Below the pieces are notes generated by a model. That model was not told where the DNA came from, did not search any database, and saw nothing but the letters and a program-made list of their open reading frames with translations. From contig CARXKP010000003.1 of NCBI GenBank assembly GCA_949096025.1, positions 1 to 61,871 of the forward strand: a stretch of DNA of 61,871 nt, read 5' to 3'. Positions 51,643 through 61,596 of the stretch are shown piece after piece (within the stretch, counting starts at the first letter, position 1; each line of letters starts with the position of its first letter). Both the position numbers and the translations under genes were made by a program. Origin of the DNA: an uncultured Eubacteriales bacterium. GTDB taxonomy: Bacteria; Bacillota; Clostridia; Christensenellales; UBA1242.

Positions 51643-53967
51643 TTAATCATTTCCATTTAATGAAGCAATGCTATTAATAAGGTCCTCAATTCTCTTGTTG
51701 AGTTCTGCAAGTTCTTCGCCAGCATTCTCACTTGATTCAAGAGCCTTTGCCTGCTCCTTTAGCGATTCAACTTCAGCAATAAGTGACTCTCTTGCTTTTT
51801 CAACGGCATTTAATTCAATTGACTCGTCAATATTATCAAGCGAATTTTTAATCTCGTCAAGTTTGCCCTCTTCTTCACTAATAAGTTCATTTATTTTTGC
51901 AATGTCAACCTCTTTATTTTCAGTTGCCTTTTTTCTCGGTTTGCTAGTTTTTTTAGTGGCATCTCCACTGTCAGTTGATTTTTTTGTTGTAGTCTTTTTG
52001 GCTGGAGTTTTCTTAGAAGTTGTCTTTTTCTTTGGCTCGGTTACTTCAGTTTGATCTACTATTGATTCTTCAGGTTGAGCCTCTTGTTGTACAGGTTCTT
52101 CAGGTTTTACTTCTTCAACAGGTTCTACAACAGTAGCAACTGGTTCTTCTTTCACCTCATTTTCAACTACAGCTTCAGCATTTTCTTCCTTAGGCTGAGC
52201 CTCAACTTCTTCACTAAGAGTTTCCACTTCGTGATTTAGCATTTTTTCAACCTCTTTAAGGTCTTGTTCTGCTATTTCGTCTTCTTTTTTGCCTTCGTCA
52301 AATATATCACCAAATCGTTTTGCCTGTTCTCTTAAAAGATCCTCTTCTTTAATTTCACTTTCTTCTCTTTGGTCTTTTTCTTTAATAAGTGAACCATTTA
52401 AGTCATAGATGTTTCCATTAATATCGTGGAATAAACCTTGAGTATCGTGATATGAGCCATCTTCATAAACAAAGTTTCCTTGCTCATCATATTCGCCTTT
52501 TGGCTTTTCTTCTTCCGCCTTAGCTGCAGCCTCCGCATCAGCCTTCGCTTGAGCCTCGGCAATAGTAGCATTTGCTTCATCAAGCCTTGATCTTAAAGTA
52601 ACATTTTCGTCAAGCAAACGTTTAATTTGAGTTTGAACATTGATAAGTTCTTGTTCAATGAAATCTCTATCATCTTCAAGAGCTTTCTTTTCTGCTTTAA
52701 CCTTATTATCCGCAACAGCATAAGCAGACTTCATAACTTTCTTTACAAAAGATTGATATTCTGCATTCATACCCTTTTCTGCGTGGTCAAGACTTTCAAC
52801 CATAACAAGACTAAGTTTTTCAATTTCTTTATCAAGTTCAGCCTTAGAATTTTGGAACTTAGCTTCTTCGTGATTATAATCTGATTGAAGTTGTTCTTGT
52901 CTCTTAACTTCCTTATCCTGTCTTTCTCTTAAACGACCGATTTCAAATCTATTTGTTGTAGTAGTTTGTTGTTCAACAAGTTTTTCGATATTTTCTTTAG
53001 AAGCTTGCAACTTTCTTTGTAAGTCCATTTGCACTTCTTCATAATTCTTTCTAAGTGCTTCTTTTTGAGCATCAATTTGTGCAATTTGAGAAAGTGTAGA
53101 ACTCTTTGTCGCAATATATGCTTCACTTTCTTTCATTGCTCTTTCAAGTAGTAATGCACCATCAACGCCAACATCCTTAAAATTATAATCAAGCGTACCA
53201 CCCTCGCTCTTTTGTGCTTCTTCAAATTCTTCCTTTGCTTTTCTTGCCATCATTTCATAATATTCACGAATTTGAGCATTTCCATTTTCAATTTCCTTTG
53301 GGGTAAATAAAAGGTTGAAATCAATATATGGAGGGAGAGCATCACACGCATTTGTAACAAATCGTGCAAAGATATGGTATAAGTGATAAATGTTATCAAG
53401 ATTTAAAACTCTAATACCCTTTATTGCAATGATTGAAGCAACACCAATAATCATTACAGTTGCTGGGAATACAAGCGATACAGCAAATGCTTGGAAAGAA
53501 ATTGATTGATTTGCTTGGGAAGCAAGTCCTAAAAGAAAGGATATAACAGCCCAAACGGTTGTCAAAATACTTAAAGATTTAACATTACTTTGCCAACTAC
53601 TTGTGCGAAGAGGTTTTTCAATAATATTTTCTTCAGTCATATAAGCAGTAGGTCCGCCATCACGATTAAGAATAAATTGTTGCCAATAGTATGCAAAACG
53701 CTTTGGCCCTTTTTTCACAATTTCATTAAAACTTTTAATATTGTTTGTATCTATTTTTTTGTTTTTGAAAATCCAGTCATTACACTTATCAAGGCGTCTT
53801 TTAAGACGAGCTTCATATGATAAGTAAGATTTAATACCAAAAATCAACACAAATAAAACTTCAACTGCAATGATTATACCAAAATAACCACCAAAACCAA
53901 CAGCTTCAGTAAGTTGGTTAAAGAAAGTTTTAAGAGATTTGTCCATAGTTAATAAAGTTTCTAACAT
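51643..53967 (-). CDS. Hypothetical membrane protein (774 aa) with about 550-aa cytoplasmic coiled-coil tail and a lysine-rich AKKT-type basic tract
   Basis: SD is AAAGGGGAAGATT. TM segments are FGGYFGIIIAVEVLFVLIFGI, LSILTTVWAVISFLLGLA and AFAVSLVFPATVMIIGVASIIAI, followed by long E/K/Q/A heptad regions. The basic tract is KKKTTSKKTPAKKTTTKKSTDSGDATKKTSKPRKK. Confidence 0.8.
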   Translation of the reverse strand: MLETLLTMDKSLKTFFNQLTEAVGFGGYFGIIIAVEVLFVLIFGIKSYLSYEARLKRRLDKCNDWIFKNKKIDTNNIKSFNEIVKKGPKRFAYYWQQFILNRDGGPTAYMTEENIIEKPLRTSSWQSNVKSLSILTTVWAVISFLLGLASQANQSISFQAFAVSLVFPATVMIIGVASIIAIKGIRVLNLDNIYHLYHIFARFVTNACDALPPYIDFNLLFTPKEIENGNAQIREYYEMMARKAKEEFEEAQKSEGGTLDYNFKDVGVDGALLLERAMKESEAYIATKSSTLSQIAQIDAQKEALRKNYEEVQMDLQRKLQASKENIEKLVEQQTTTTNRFEIGRLRERQDKEVKRQEQLQSDYNHEEAKFQNSKAELDKEIEKLSLVMVESLDHAEKGMNAEYQSFVKKVMKSAYAVADNKVKAEKKALEDDRDFIEQELINVQTQIKRLLDENVTLRSRLDEANATIAEAQAKADAEAAAKAEEEKPKGEYDEQGNFVYEDGSYHDTQGLFHDINGNIYDLNGSLIKEKDQREESEIKEEDLLREQAKRFGDIFDEGKKEDEIAEQDLKEVEKMLNHEVETLSEEVEAQPKEENAEAVVENEVKEEPVATVVEPVEEVKPEEPVQQEAQPEESIVDQTEVTEPKKKTTSKKTPAKKTTTKKSTDSGDATKKTSKPRKKATENKEVDIAKINELISEEEGKLDEIKNSLDNIDESIELNAVEKARESLIAEVESLKEQAKALESSENAGEELAELNKRIEDLINSIASLNGND

Positions 53968-54082
53968 AATCTTCCCCTTTTGATTTAGTATATCATATAT
54001 TAAAAAAAATTACTAATAAAATAAGACTTTTTTTTACTTTTTTAAAATATTTTTTTAGTTTATTTTACCAGTAATTTTTTAG

Positions 54083-57000
54083 TTAATTTAACTTAATTAA
54101 ATGGCCTTCCTTAAGCGAAAGAAGATATTTATCTATTTCCTTGCCACCAAAAGCCTTAGAAAGAGCAAGGCTATACAACTCTATTTGGCGAGAATATCTT
54201 TCCTTTAAAATTTCATCATTTTGACAAGATGTATATTTATAATCAATTAATACAATTTTTTCGCCAAGAGCAAATAGGTCAACAATACCTTGAATAATCA
54301 AACTATTATCTTTTCTATCTTTTGCATTACTATCCTGCTTGCTTTTTGACATATAACCCATCTCTTGTGGCGATGAAAGCATTATAAACTCTCTTTCTTT
54401 AATTAACTTCATATCTTTAGTTTTGTCTTTTATGACTGAAATGTTTTTATATAATAAATCAAAATCAAGCAAGTCAAAATATCCCTCAGTCATTTTTTCT
54501 TTTAAAGACTCTTTACTAATTTCTAGATCGTCACGACTATTAACTACATTAAAATCTAAAATTTTTAAGGCTTCGTGATATGCGTTTCCAGTCAAAATGG
54601 CAAGTTCACGAGAAACCACCTTTGGTGTAAAAATTTCCTTCTCTTCTGGTAAAAGTTCCCTTTCTTTTTCGTTAATCTTCATAATGCCGGTTACAGAATT
54701 TTTATAACTTAACTTGCACTCATCTTCCCCAGGGTAAACAAAATCTACATACTTTTGCAAGTCATCACTAAGATTTTCATCATTATTATAAATAATATCT
54801 TCCTGATAGCGCTCTTTTATTTCTTTACTCTCAGCATTTTTTATTTTAAACAAAAAGTTTTCTGTCTTTATCTGTCCTTGATTAAATAATTGTTTAGTAA
54901 AATTTTCACCAAAAGCAAAGAAAATAAATTTAAGATAACTATTTTGCTCGTCTAATATATCAAATGAAAAATCCTTTTCCTTTCCGCTTCCTATTATATA
55001 TAGATGATTTTGAGCCCTTGTTAAAGCAACATAAAAAATCATTATCTCATCAATAAATTCCCTTTTTTCCATTTCTAACCGACTTGCAAGAAATATAGGA
55101 GAAGGAATGCGTGTCATACTTTCAAAATCATTTAAAGTAGTGCCAATACCGAATTTGGTAGAGAAAGTATAATTTTTATTATAAACTTTTTTTAAACCTT
55201 CGCCAGCATCACATAATATAACTATCGGGTACTCTAGCCCCTTTGTTGCGTGAATGGTTACAACATTTATCGCATTGCTTCCCCCCTCACCGCCTCTAAT
55301 TTCCGTTGAGCCTTCTAGCATTGAGATAATTCCTGGCACATTATAGTCAAGGTCGGCACTTTTAATGAGTTTATACAATGAATTTATATTCGCTATCTTT
55401 TCTCGAGCATTGTTAAATTCGTCCAAATAACTATAATAATCTACTCGGTTAAAAAGTCTACAAAGTGATTTCACCACTCCAAATATTTGAATATCAAATT
55501 TAAATTTATCAATCTCTTCATTAAACTTTACTAATTTCTCATCATCACCATTTAAAACAATATCATAAAATTTACTTTCTCTATTATTAAATCGGAGTTC
55601 AGCAAGTTCATCAATAGAAAATCCGCCAAATATTGAAGCCATTACCGATGCAAGAGAAATATCATCTTTTTTGTTAAGAGTTAATTTAAGTAAAGCACAA
55701 ATTACCGCAATATTACAGTCCTCAATAAGCGACTGCTTTAAATCAGCTTCAACAGATAAGCCTAAATTTCTAAGCCTTCTTACAACCTCATTCATCAAAG
55801 GACTTCTTCCTCTAAATAATAAAGCAATATCGTTTTGCTGAACTCGTCTAAACTTCTTTAATTTAGCATCATAAATCTCTCTATCCAGCACTTCTTCAAT
55901 TCTTTCAATAATAGTACAAACTTCTGCTTCTTGAGAATCATCACCTAAAAGTTTGTCTTTTGTAATGTCATAAACTTCTCTTGGCTCCTGCTCACACTCA
56001 TTTTCTTCATTATCTAAAGCCTTTTTATTCTCTTGTACAATCACATCTACTGTTACTGGAGGTAATTCATCACGGATAAATTCTTGTAAACCTAAAAGCA
56101 TTGAATTATCCTTATAATCAATTCCAACGCTTTCAGTAGTCATAATTTTTTCAAATATTATATTTACAAAAGAAAGAATCCCTTTTTCTGTTCTAAAATT
56201 ACCATTGAGGTAAAGCGCCTCTCCATCCAAGTTTTTAGAAAAGTTTTTAATATCAGAAAGCATAATTTCCATATTGGCATTTCTAAAACCATAGATTCCC
56301 TGTTTAATATCTCCAACAGCAGTAAAGTAGCCACCCTCACTAATTGGCTTTAGAATACTTTCCTGTAATCTATTTGTATCTTGATATTCATCTATAAAAA
56401 TATAATCGTATCTCTCTTGTAAAGCTTTTTTCACCTCATCATCTTGTAAAAGTTTTTTAGCATAACTTTCTATATCGGCAAAGTCTAAGGCAGAACGCTT
56501 TAATTTTAAATCATTATAATAATTTATGAAGTGCCTATAAAAAGCAATTATTGATTTAACAAGCATTCCGCTATCGGCTTTATCTTTTGCATTATTAGGA
56601 ATATATCTGTATTTGGCGGCTATATCAAAAGCCTTTTTAATATAATACTTGGCATTTGAAAATGAATATCGAACCTCTTCTTTATGTCTACCTTTTAAAC
56701 TTGGTAATGCAATATTGTTTATATTTTGACAGACTAAAAAAATATTTCCCCGCAAATCCAACTTAACAATTTCATTCAAAAGAGCAAAAGCATCTTTCTC
56801 AGATTGAGTTAAAATGCCGTCATCAACACTTTCCAGTATTGTTTTGGATATATCAAAACACTGCTTAAAATAACTAATAAGACTTTCTTGGGCTAAATCA
56901 TTCAATTTTCCCGCATCTTTTTCAAATGTTTGCAAAAGCTCATCTCCTTCACTTAAAGAAGAAAACTTATCTTGTAATGCCATAACACAATCTTCTACAG

Positions 57001-57499
57001 CATCTTTATTCTTTTTAAAAGCAAAATAAATTTCATCAAACTTTTCTTTCTCATTTTGAGAAAAGTGTTGATATGTATTTAAAAATGCTATTTTTTTAAG
57101 TTTTAACGCGGTTTTTTCATCCAAAATCGTAAAATTTTCACTAATATTTAATTTATTAATATTTCTTTTAATTATTTTTTCACAAAAAGAGTCAATAGTT
57201 GAAATATCACTCAAAGGCAGAACATCTAGACTTTCTATTAACTCTTTGGTTGGTTTTTGCGATAAAATAGCATTCGTAAGTCGTGACTTAATTTCTTCCG
57301 CTGCAACCTTAGTAAAGGTAAGCACCAACAACTTTTCAACTTTAACTTTATTTTCACAGATAAGATTTTTTATTTTTTCAATTAAAATAAAAGTTTTCCC
57401 ACTTCCGGCAGACGCAGAAATAACAAGGTTCTTAGCCTTGCTATCCAAAATTTTTTGTTGTTCCGCCGTTGGCGAATTCTTCTTTTTATCTTCTGCCAT
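54083..57499 (-). CDS. addA: ATP-dependent helicase/nuclease AddA
   Basis: UvrD-like Walker A ISASAGSGKTF, FIDEYQDTN, and C-terminal PD-(D/E)xK nuclease GIVDLFALGEKIVLIDYKYT. Confidence 0.9.
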   Translation of the reverse strand: MAEDKKKNSPTAEQQKILDSKAKNLVISASAGSGKTFILIEKIKNLICENKVKVEKLLVLTFTKVAAEEIKSRLTNAILSQKPTKELIESLDVLPLSDISTIDSFCEKIIKRNINKLNISENFTILDEKTALKLKKIAFLNTYQHFSQNEKEKFDEIYFAFKKNKDAVEDCVMALQDKFSSLSEGDELLQTFEKDAGKLNDLAQESLISYFKQCFDISKTILESVDDGILTQSEKDAFALLNEIVKLDLRGNIFLVCQNINNIALPSLKGRHKEEVRYSFSNAKYYIKKAFDIAAKYRYIPNNAKDKADSGMLVKSIIAFYRHFINYYNDLKLKRSALDFADIESYAKKLLQDDEVKKALQERYDYIFIDEYQDTNRLQESILKPISEGGYFTAVGDIKQGIYGFRNANMEIMLSDIKNFSKNLDGEALYLNGNFRTEKGILSFVNIIFEKIMTTESVGIDYKDNSMLLGLQEFIRDELPPVTVDVIVQENKKALDNEENECEQEPREVYDITKDKLLGDDSQEAEVCTIIERIEEVLDREIYDAKLKKFRRVQQNDIALLFRGRSPLMNEVVRRLRNLGLSVEADLKQSLIEDCNIAVICALLKLTLNKKDDISLASVMASIFGGFSIDELAELRFNNRESKFYDIVLNGDDEKLVKFNEEIDKFKFDIQIFGVVKSLCRLFNRVDYYSYLDEFNNAREKIANINSLYKLIKSADLDYNVPGIISMLEGSTEIRGGEGGSNAINVVTIHATKGLEYPIVILCDAGEGLKKVYNKNYTFSTKFGIGTTLNDFESMTRIPSPIFLASRLEMEKREFIDEIMIFYVALTRAQNHLYIIGSGKEKDFSFDILDEQNSYLKFIFFAFGENFTKQLFNQGQIKTENFLFKIKNAESKEIKERYQEDIIYNNDENLSDDLQKYVDFVYPGEDECKLSYKNSVTGIMKINEKERELLPEEKEIFTPKVVSRELAILTGNAYHEALKILDFNVVNSRDDLEISKESLKEKMTEGYFDLLDFDLLYKNISVIKDKTKDMKLIKEREFIMLSSPQEMGYMSKSKQDSNAKDRKDNSLIIQGIVDLFALGEKIVLIDYKYTSCQNDEILKERYSRQIELYSLALSKAFGGKEIDKYLLSLKEGHLIKLN

Positions 57500-57593
57500 A
57501 TTTCTTTTCCCTAACTTAAAAGTTTTAAATAATTAGTTAATTTATTAAAAGTCTGAGTTTTTAGCAAAATTTCAACATTTTTATTTACTTTTA

Positions 57594-60593
57594 CTAAAAT
57601 TTTACATTGCTAGAGTTGTTTTTTCTTACACCTTCTGATTTTTCATAACCGCATAAACTACTAAGTTTACAATACTTGCAACTATTAGAATGTGGCATAG
57701 GTCTTATAAACCCTCTTTTTATTTTCTCTATTCCCTTTCTTGCAATATCGACAGAGTATTCCTCTAATTGGTCTAATTTATACTCGCAAATTGAACTCCC
57801 CTTATTTTCACCATCCTTATTTTTATAAAGCGATAAAATATTACTAGTTCCGCTTGCCTTAAAATCTTCATCAATAAGCGATAGAACTTCGTCATCATTT
57901 GGAGCAATACCTTTTAATATAACTTTATCATCTTCATTTGAAGAATACTCAAGTTTTGCATTGAAATAATAGCCTCCAGCAGACTTTTTGTTTAATTGTA
58001 ATTCTGCAATTTTTTGATATAAAAATAGTTGCAATTTTTCTCCATAATATAATTCTTTTAAAATGGTACCAGTTTTGCCAGTTTTGTAATCAATAATTCT
58101 AAAGTAGTTTCCGCATTCGTCTATTCTATCTGCTCTGCCATTTATAATATAATTTTCATCTTTTACATTAAGCACAAAAGGTTTAAAACTTTTTTCAATA
58201 TATTTAGGTTTAAAAGATGATTTACTTAATTCTCTTACAATATTTTGAAGATTTGATTTTATCTGTCTCTTAAGGTATCTTGTAAAAGCATCTTTTTCAT
58301 CTAAAACTTCTAGTTTTTCCTTTAAATTTTCCCTATCTAAAATATAATCAAAATTCTTTTCTATAAAATCGTCTATATCAGTTTTTAAATCATAATTTTG
58401 TTTTTGGAGCGATTTTATAAATAGTTCAGCACCACTATGGCAAACGTTTCCTATATCCCTTTGGTCAAACTCTTCAATTTCTTGTTCTTTTAATCTAAGA
58501 CCGTAACTTGCAAAATGAGCAAATGGACAACTATAGAATTTTTCAAGTTGCGACACGCTTACCAAATCTTCTTTAAACATCAATTTATCTGGCATAAAAT
58601 TTAATAATTTACGATTTTTAAAGTTATTTTTGATATTTTTCTCAATTTTATCGTCTGTTTTCTTAAATTTCTTATAATCTAAGGATAAAAGTAATAATTC
58701 TTTATCCTTAGCCTTTCTATTAAAAAAGATATTTCCGCATCGCAGTTCCATCTGCCCAAAGATATCATTAAGACAAGTAATGAAGGAAGGCAAACTATTC
58801 TTTTTTCCCTCATCTCCAAGTAATTGATAAAATATAGTAAGTTGATTTGTCGCCATAGTTAAAAGCGTAAAAACTTTAAATCTATTTCTTCTATTTATCA
58901 TTCTAATTGTAGGGTCAATCTCTTTTAAATTTGCACCAAGGTCATCATCGCTTAAAATACCATTGTCCTGACTGGTTTGAGGCAGAGCCTGGCCACCCAT
59001 TATTATCAACGTATTAGTTTCAGTAAAGAAACTTGAAGTTGCATCGCCTATCATTACACCATCAACATAACTTGGAACTGTTGAAACCTCTTTAAAAGAC
59101 AAAAGTAATTTTAATTTTCTAATATACTCGTCAATTTCAATTTCACCCTCATCATACTTATTGATAAGTTCTATCGTTTCTTTTAAAATATCAACAACTT
59201 GCAGGTTTATATTCTTTTCCTTGATTTCAGACATATCCTCAAGTCTTCGCATAACTTCATCAAATGAAGCAAGCACTCTTCCAATAAGTTCTAAAACTTT
59301 CTCGCCATATTCTCTTCCTGTTTTACATTTTTCTATTTGGACAGCAAAATCGGCAAAAGGGAAATCCTTTTCAACAAATCTTTTGTATTTATATTTATTA
59401 TCAATGTTAAACCGCTCACATCTTTCAATAAGTTCACTATTATCACCTATTAGGCTATTTGAAAGTATATTTAAAAGTCTATCTCCGCTGAAACCATAAC
59501 TTACACCTTCCAAAAATTCCAAAACAAATCTTCCTAGCAAAGTATTATCGGCAGATCTAGAACTATCTATATAATAAGGTATATTATATCTTTCAAATAT
59601 ATTTTCTATTTGGGTTTCGTATTTGTCTACATTGCTAATAGCAATTTGAATATCTTTGAATTTAAGTCCGTTAAACACCTTATATCGTATAAGTTTTGCA
59701 ACCGCTTCAACTTCTTCTGATAAATTAAATGCAGAATAAAGATTGTAAAAACCATTATTTTCCTTTCTTACCTTGCCATAACTATACAACCCTCTTACAA
59801 TACCACTCTTTGGATCAGACATTTGTCTTTTGCCATTAAAAACGCTGATACTGATAGATAAATCTTCAGCAAGATGCTTTATATTATTCTCTATATCTTT
59901 ATCATAAATATAATCATTTCCACTATCTAAACTTTTAGCAATGGTAAAATTAACCTCTCTTGAAGAGGAAATGAGATGACTAATAAGCCCATATGCTTCT
60001 TTCGTAAAAGCATCAAAACCAGCAAAATATAGTTTAGTGTTTTCAAGTAAAAGGTTCTCTTTAAACTCTTTATTTAATAATGACAACCTTTCATTCGCAT
60101 CAAGCCTGCCATTTAACAATTTTTGATATTCACTATAAATAAGTTTTAAATCGTGATACTTTGCTCCAGCACTTCCACCAGCATTTTCGTTTAAATCCTC
60201 AGGTGCCACGCCAGAACTTTTTAATTGTGAAATCAGTTTGTTGATTTCATAAGCAAATGCAATCTTATTTTTTTTAAAGATAGAAAGATTATCCTTAACA
60301 TTATCAATCGCTTTTTGAGTAAGAAGCAAGGTCTCTCCGCTAGATAATATCTCGGCAGATTTTATACCTAATTTTTCAAGAAGTTCCATAGAAAAACTAG
60401 TCAAATTTTCAACCCTAACATTAAATAATGCCCTACTTGGCAATGTTTCAAGAAGCAGTCTTTCACATAAAAGAGAGTATCTATCTGGAACTAAAACAAT
60501 ATGATCGTAAAAAATATCGCCATTATCAATAGCGCAAAACATATCTTTTACGGCATCCTGCCAAGTAACATTTTGATAAAGATTAATTTTCAC
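57594..60593 (-). CDS. addB: ATP-dependent helicase/nuclease subunit AddB (RexB-like)
   Basis: 999 aa, lying upstream of addA. C-terminal nuclease plus Fe-S cysteines (CPFAHF...RIDECGNYFRIIDYKTG...SCKYCKLSSLCG). GTG start without an SD. No N-terminal GxGKT. Confidence 0.85.
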   Translation of the reverse strand: MKINLYQNVTWQDAVKDMFCAIDNGDIFYDHIVLVPDRYSLLCERLLLETLPSRALFNVRVENLTSFSMELLEKLGIKSAEILSSGETLLLTQKAIDNVKDNLSIFKKNKIAFAYEINKLISQLKSSGVAPEDLNENAGGSAGAKYHDLKLIYSEYQKLLNGRLDANERLSLLNKEFKENLLLENTKLYFAGFDAFTKEAYGLISHLISSSREVNFTIAKSLDSGNDYIYDKDIENNIKHLAEDLSISISVFNGKRQMSDPKSGIVRGLYSYGKVRKENNGFYNLYSAFNLSEEVEAVAKLIRYKVFNGLKFKDIQIAISNVDKYETQIENIFERYNIPYYIDSSRSADNTLLGRFVLEFLEGVSYGFSGDRLLNILSNSLIGDNSELIERCERFNIDNKYKYKRFVEKDFPFADFAVQIEKCKTGREYGEKVLELIGRVLASFDEVMRRLEDMSEIKEKNINLQVVDILKETIELINKYDEGEIEIDEYIRKLKLLLSFKEVSTVPSYVDGVMIGDATSSFFTETNTLIIMGGQALPQTSQDNGILSDDDLGANLKEIDPTIRMINRRNRFKVFTLLTMATNQLTIFYQLLGDEGKKNSLPSFITCLNDIFGQMELRCGNIFFNRKAKDKELLLLSLDYKKFKKTDDKIEKNIKNNFKNRKLLNFMPDKLMFKEDLVSVSQLEKFYSCPFAHFASYGLRLKEQEIEEFDQRDIGNVCHSGAELFIKSLQKQNYDLKTDIDDFIEKNFDYILDRENLKEKLEVLDEKDAFTRYLKRQIKSNLQNIVRELSKSSFKPKYIEKSFKPFVLNVKDENYIINGRADRIDECGNYFRIIDYKTGKTGTILKELYYGEKLQLFLYQKIAELQLNKKSAGGYYFNAKLEYSSNEDDKVILKGIAPNDDEVLSLIDEDFKASGTSNILSLYKNKDGENKGSSICEYKLDQLEEYSVDIARKGIEKIKRGFIRPMPHSNSCKYCKLSSLCGYEKSEGVRKNNSSNVKF

Positions 60594-60618
60594 AAATTTA
60601 TTTTATCATATTTAATAA

Positions 60619-60653
60619 AAAAACAAAAGGGTTTTTAAATCCTTTTGTTTTTT
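60619..60653 (-). terminator. Terminator upstream of addB (after the 258-aa gene)
   Basis: AAAACAAAAGG-10 nt-CCTTTTGTTTT. Confidence 0.7.
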
Positions 60654-60721
60654 CATATTATTTTTTACCTTTTATGAGATATAAAAGAGAAACTATAAAA
60701 AAATATAAGTTATCCATAATT

Positions 60722-61498
60722 TTATTTTCCTTTTTCGCTAGTTTGCATTATCTTATCTTTTAATTCCTTTGCCTTATCGCAACGAAGTTGGAAATTAAGG
60801 TTTAAAAGTCTTGAATTTTCGTTTTTCACCACATTCAATTCTTCTTTTAATTTTTCAAACTCACGCTCTTTTCCGTCAAGTTTTGAAATCATCTGCCTTA
60901 AACTATTGTTTGCAGATTCAAGTTTTTCTCGATACAGATATTCACTCTCCTCAAGTGCTGTGCGTTTTACAAGCCTTACAAGTCCCATAAATAGTGACTG
61001 AACTTCACTATCCGTCAATGTTTTACTCATTTTTTTAAAAGTTACAACATTGCTCGGCATTACTTTTTCTTCAGTTTGCAAATTTGTTTCATATTCTTTT
61101 TTATTTTTTGCCAAATAATTGCGATATTTATTTTGAAATCTTAACATTTGATTAATGTCACCGCCTGACAAAGTAAGACAAGCCTTTCTGACAGAAACTC
61201 CCTTTTTTACCATTTCATCAATATCATTTAAGAGTTCCTCTTCCTCTTCTGGAGAAAAATAAACCACATTTGTTTTTTCGTGAAGTTGCAAATTTATTCC
61301 GAGAGAAGATAGTCTTTTATCATCCGACTTTAAATTATCTACCTCGTGATAATAATAATTTCTTACACTATTTGGCTTTCTTCCATATTTTTGTGCGTGA
61401 ATAGCAAAGGCTAATTTAAGCGATTTGTTTTTAGTTTTATAATCTTCAACTACATCAAACAATTCTTTTACTTCACTATTATCCCAAATTCCTTTCAT
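60722..61498 (-). CDS. Hypothetical protein (258 aa) with N-terminal Myb/SANT-like (RsfA-like) segment and C-terminal coiled coil
   Basis: SD is GAGGTGA. WDNSEVKELFDVVEDYKTKNKSLKLAFAIHAQKYGRKPNSVRNYYYHEV resembles a Myb-like repeat. The C-terminal coiled coil is KLDGKEREFEKLKEELNVVKNENSRLLNLN. The product call is tentative. Confidence 0.6.
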   Translation of the reverse strand: MKGIWDNSEVKELFDVVEDYKTKNKSLKLAFAIHAQKYGRKPNSVRNYYYHEVDNLKSDDKRLSSLGINLQLHEKTNVVYFSPEEEEELLNDIDEMVKKGVSVRKACLTLSGGDINQMLRFQNKYRNYLAKNKKEYETNLQTEEKVMPSNVVTFKKMSKTLTDSEVQSLFMGLVRLVKRTALEESEYLYREKLESANNSLRQMISKLDGKEREFEKLKEELNVVKNENSRLLNLNFQLRCDKAKELKDKIMQTSEKGK

Positions 61499-61596
61499 AA
61501 TGTCACCTCGAAAAGATTATAGACAACATAAAATTTTTTATACCATAAAAATAAATATTTGTGAATTTATGATATAACGGACTCATATTCTATTAT

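Noticed and set aside
51643-53967. I considered that the 774-aa membrane and long coiled-coil protein could be a ZorA-like (Zorya) motor subunit.
   Set aside because: There is no ZorB/MotB-like partner or other Zorya genes next to it. No MotA/ExbB-type conserved TM motifs are recognisable. The neighbours are addBA and a non-coding gap.
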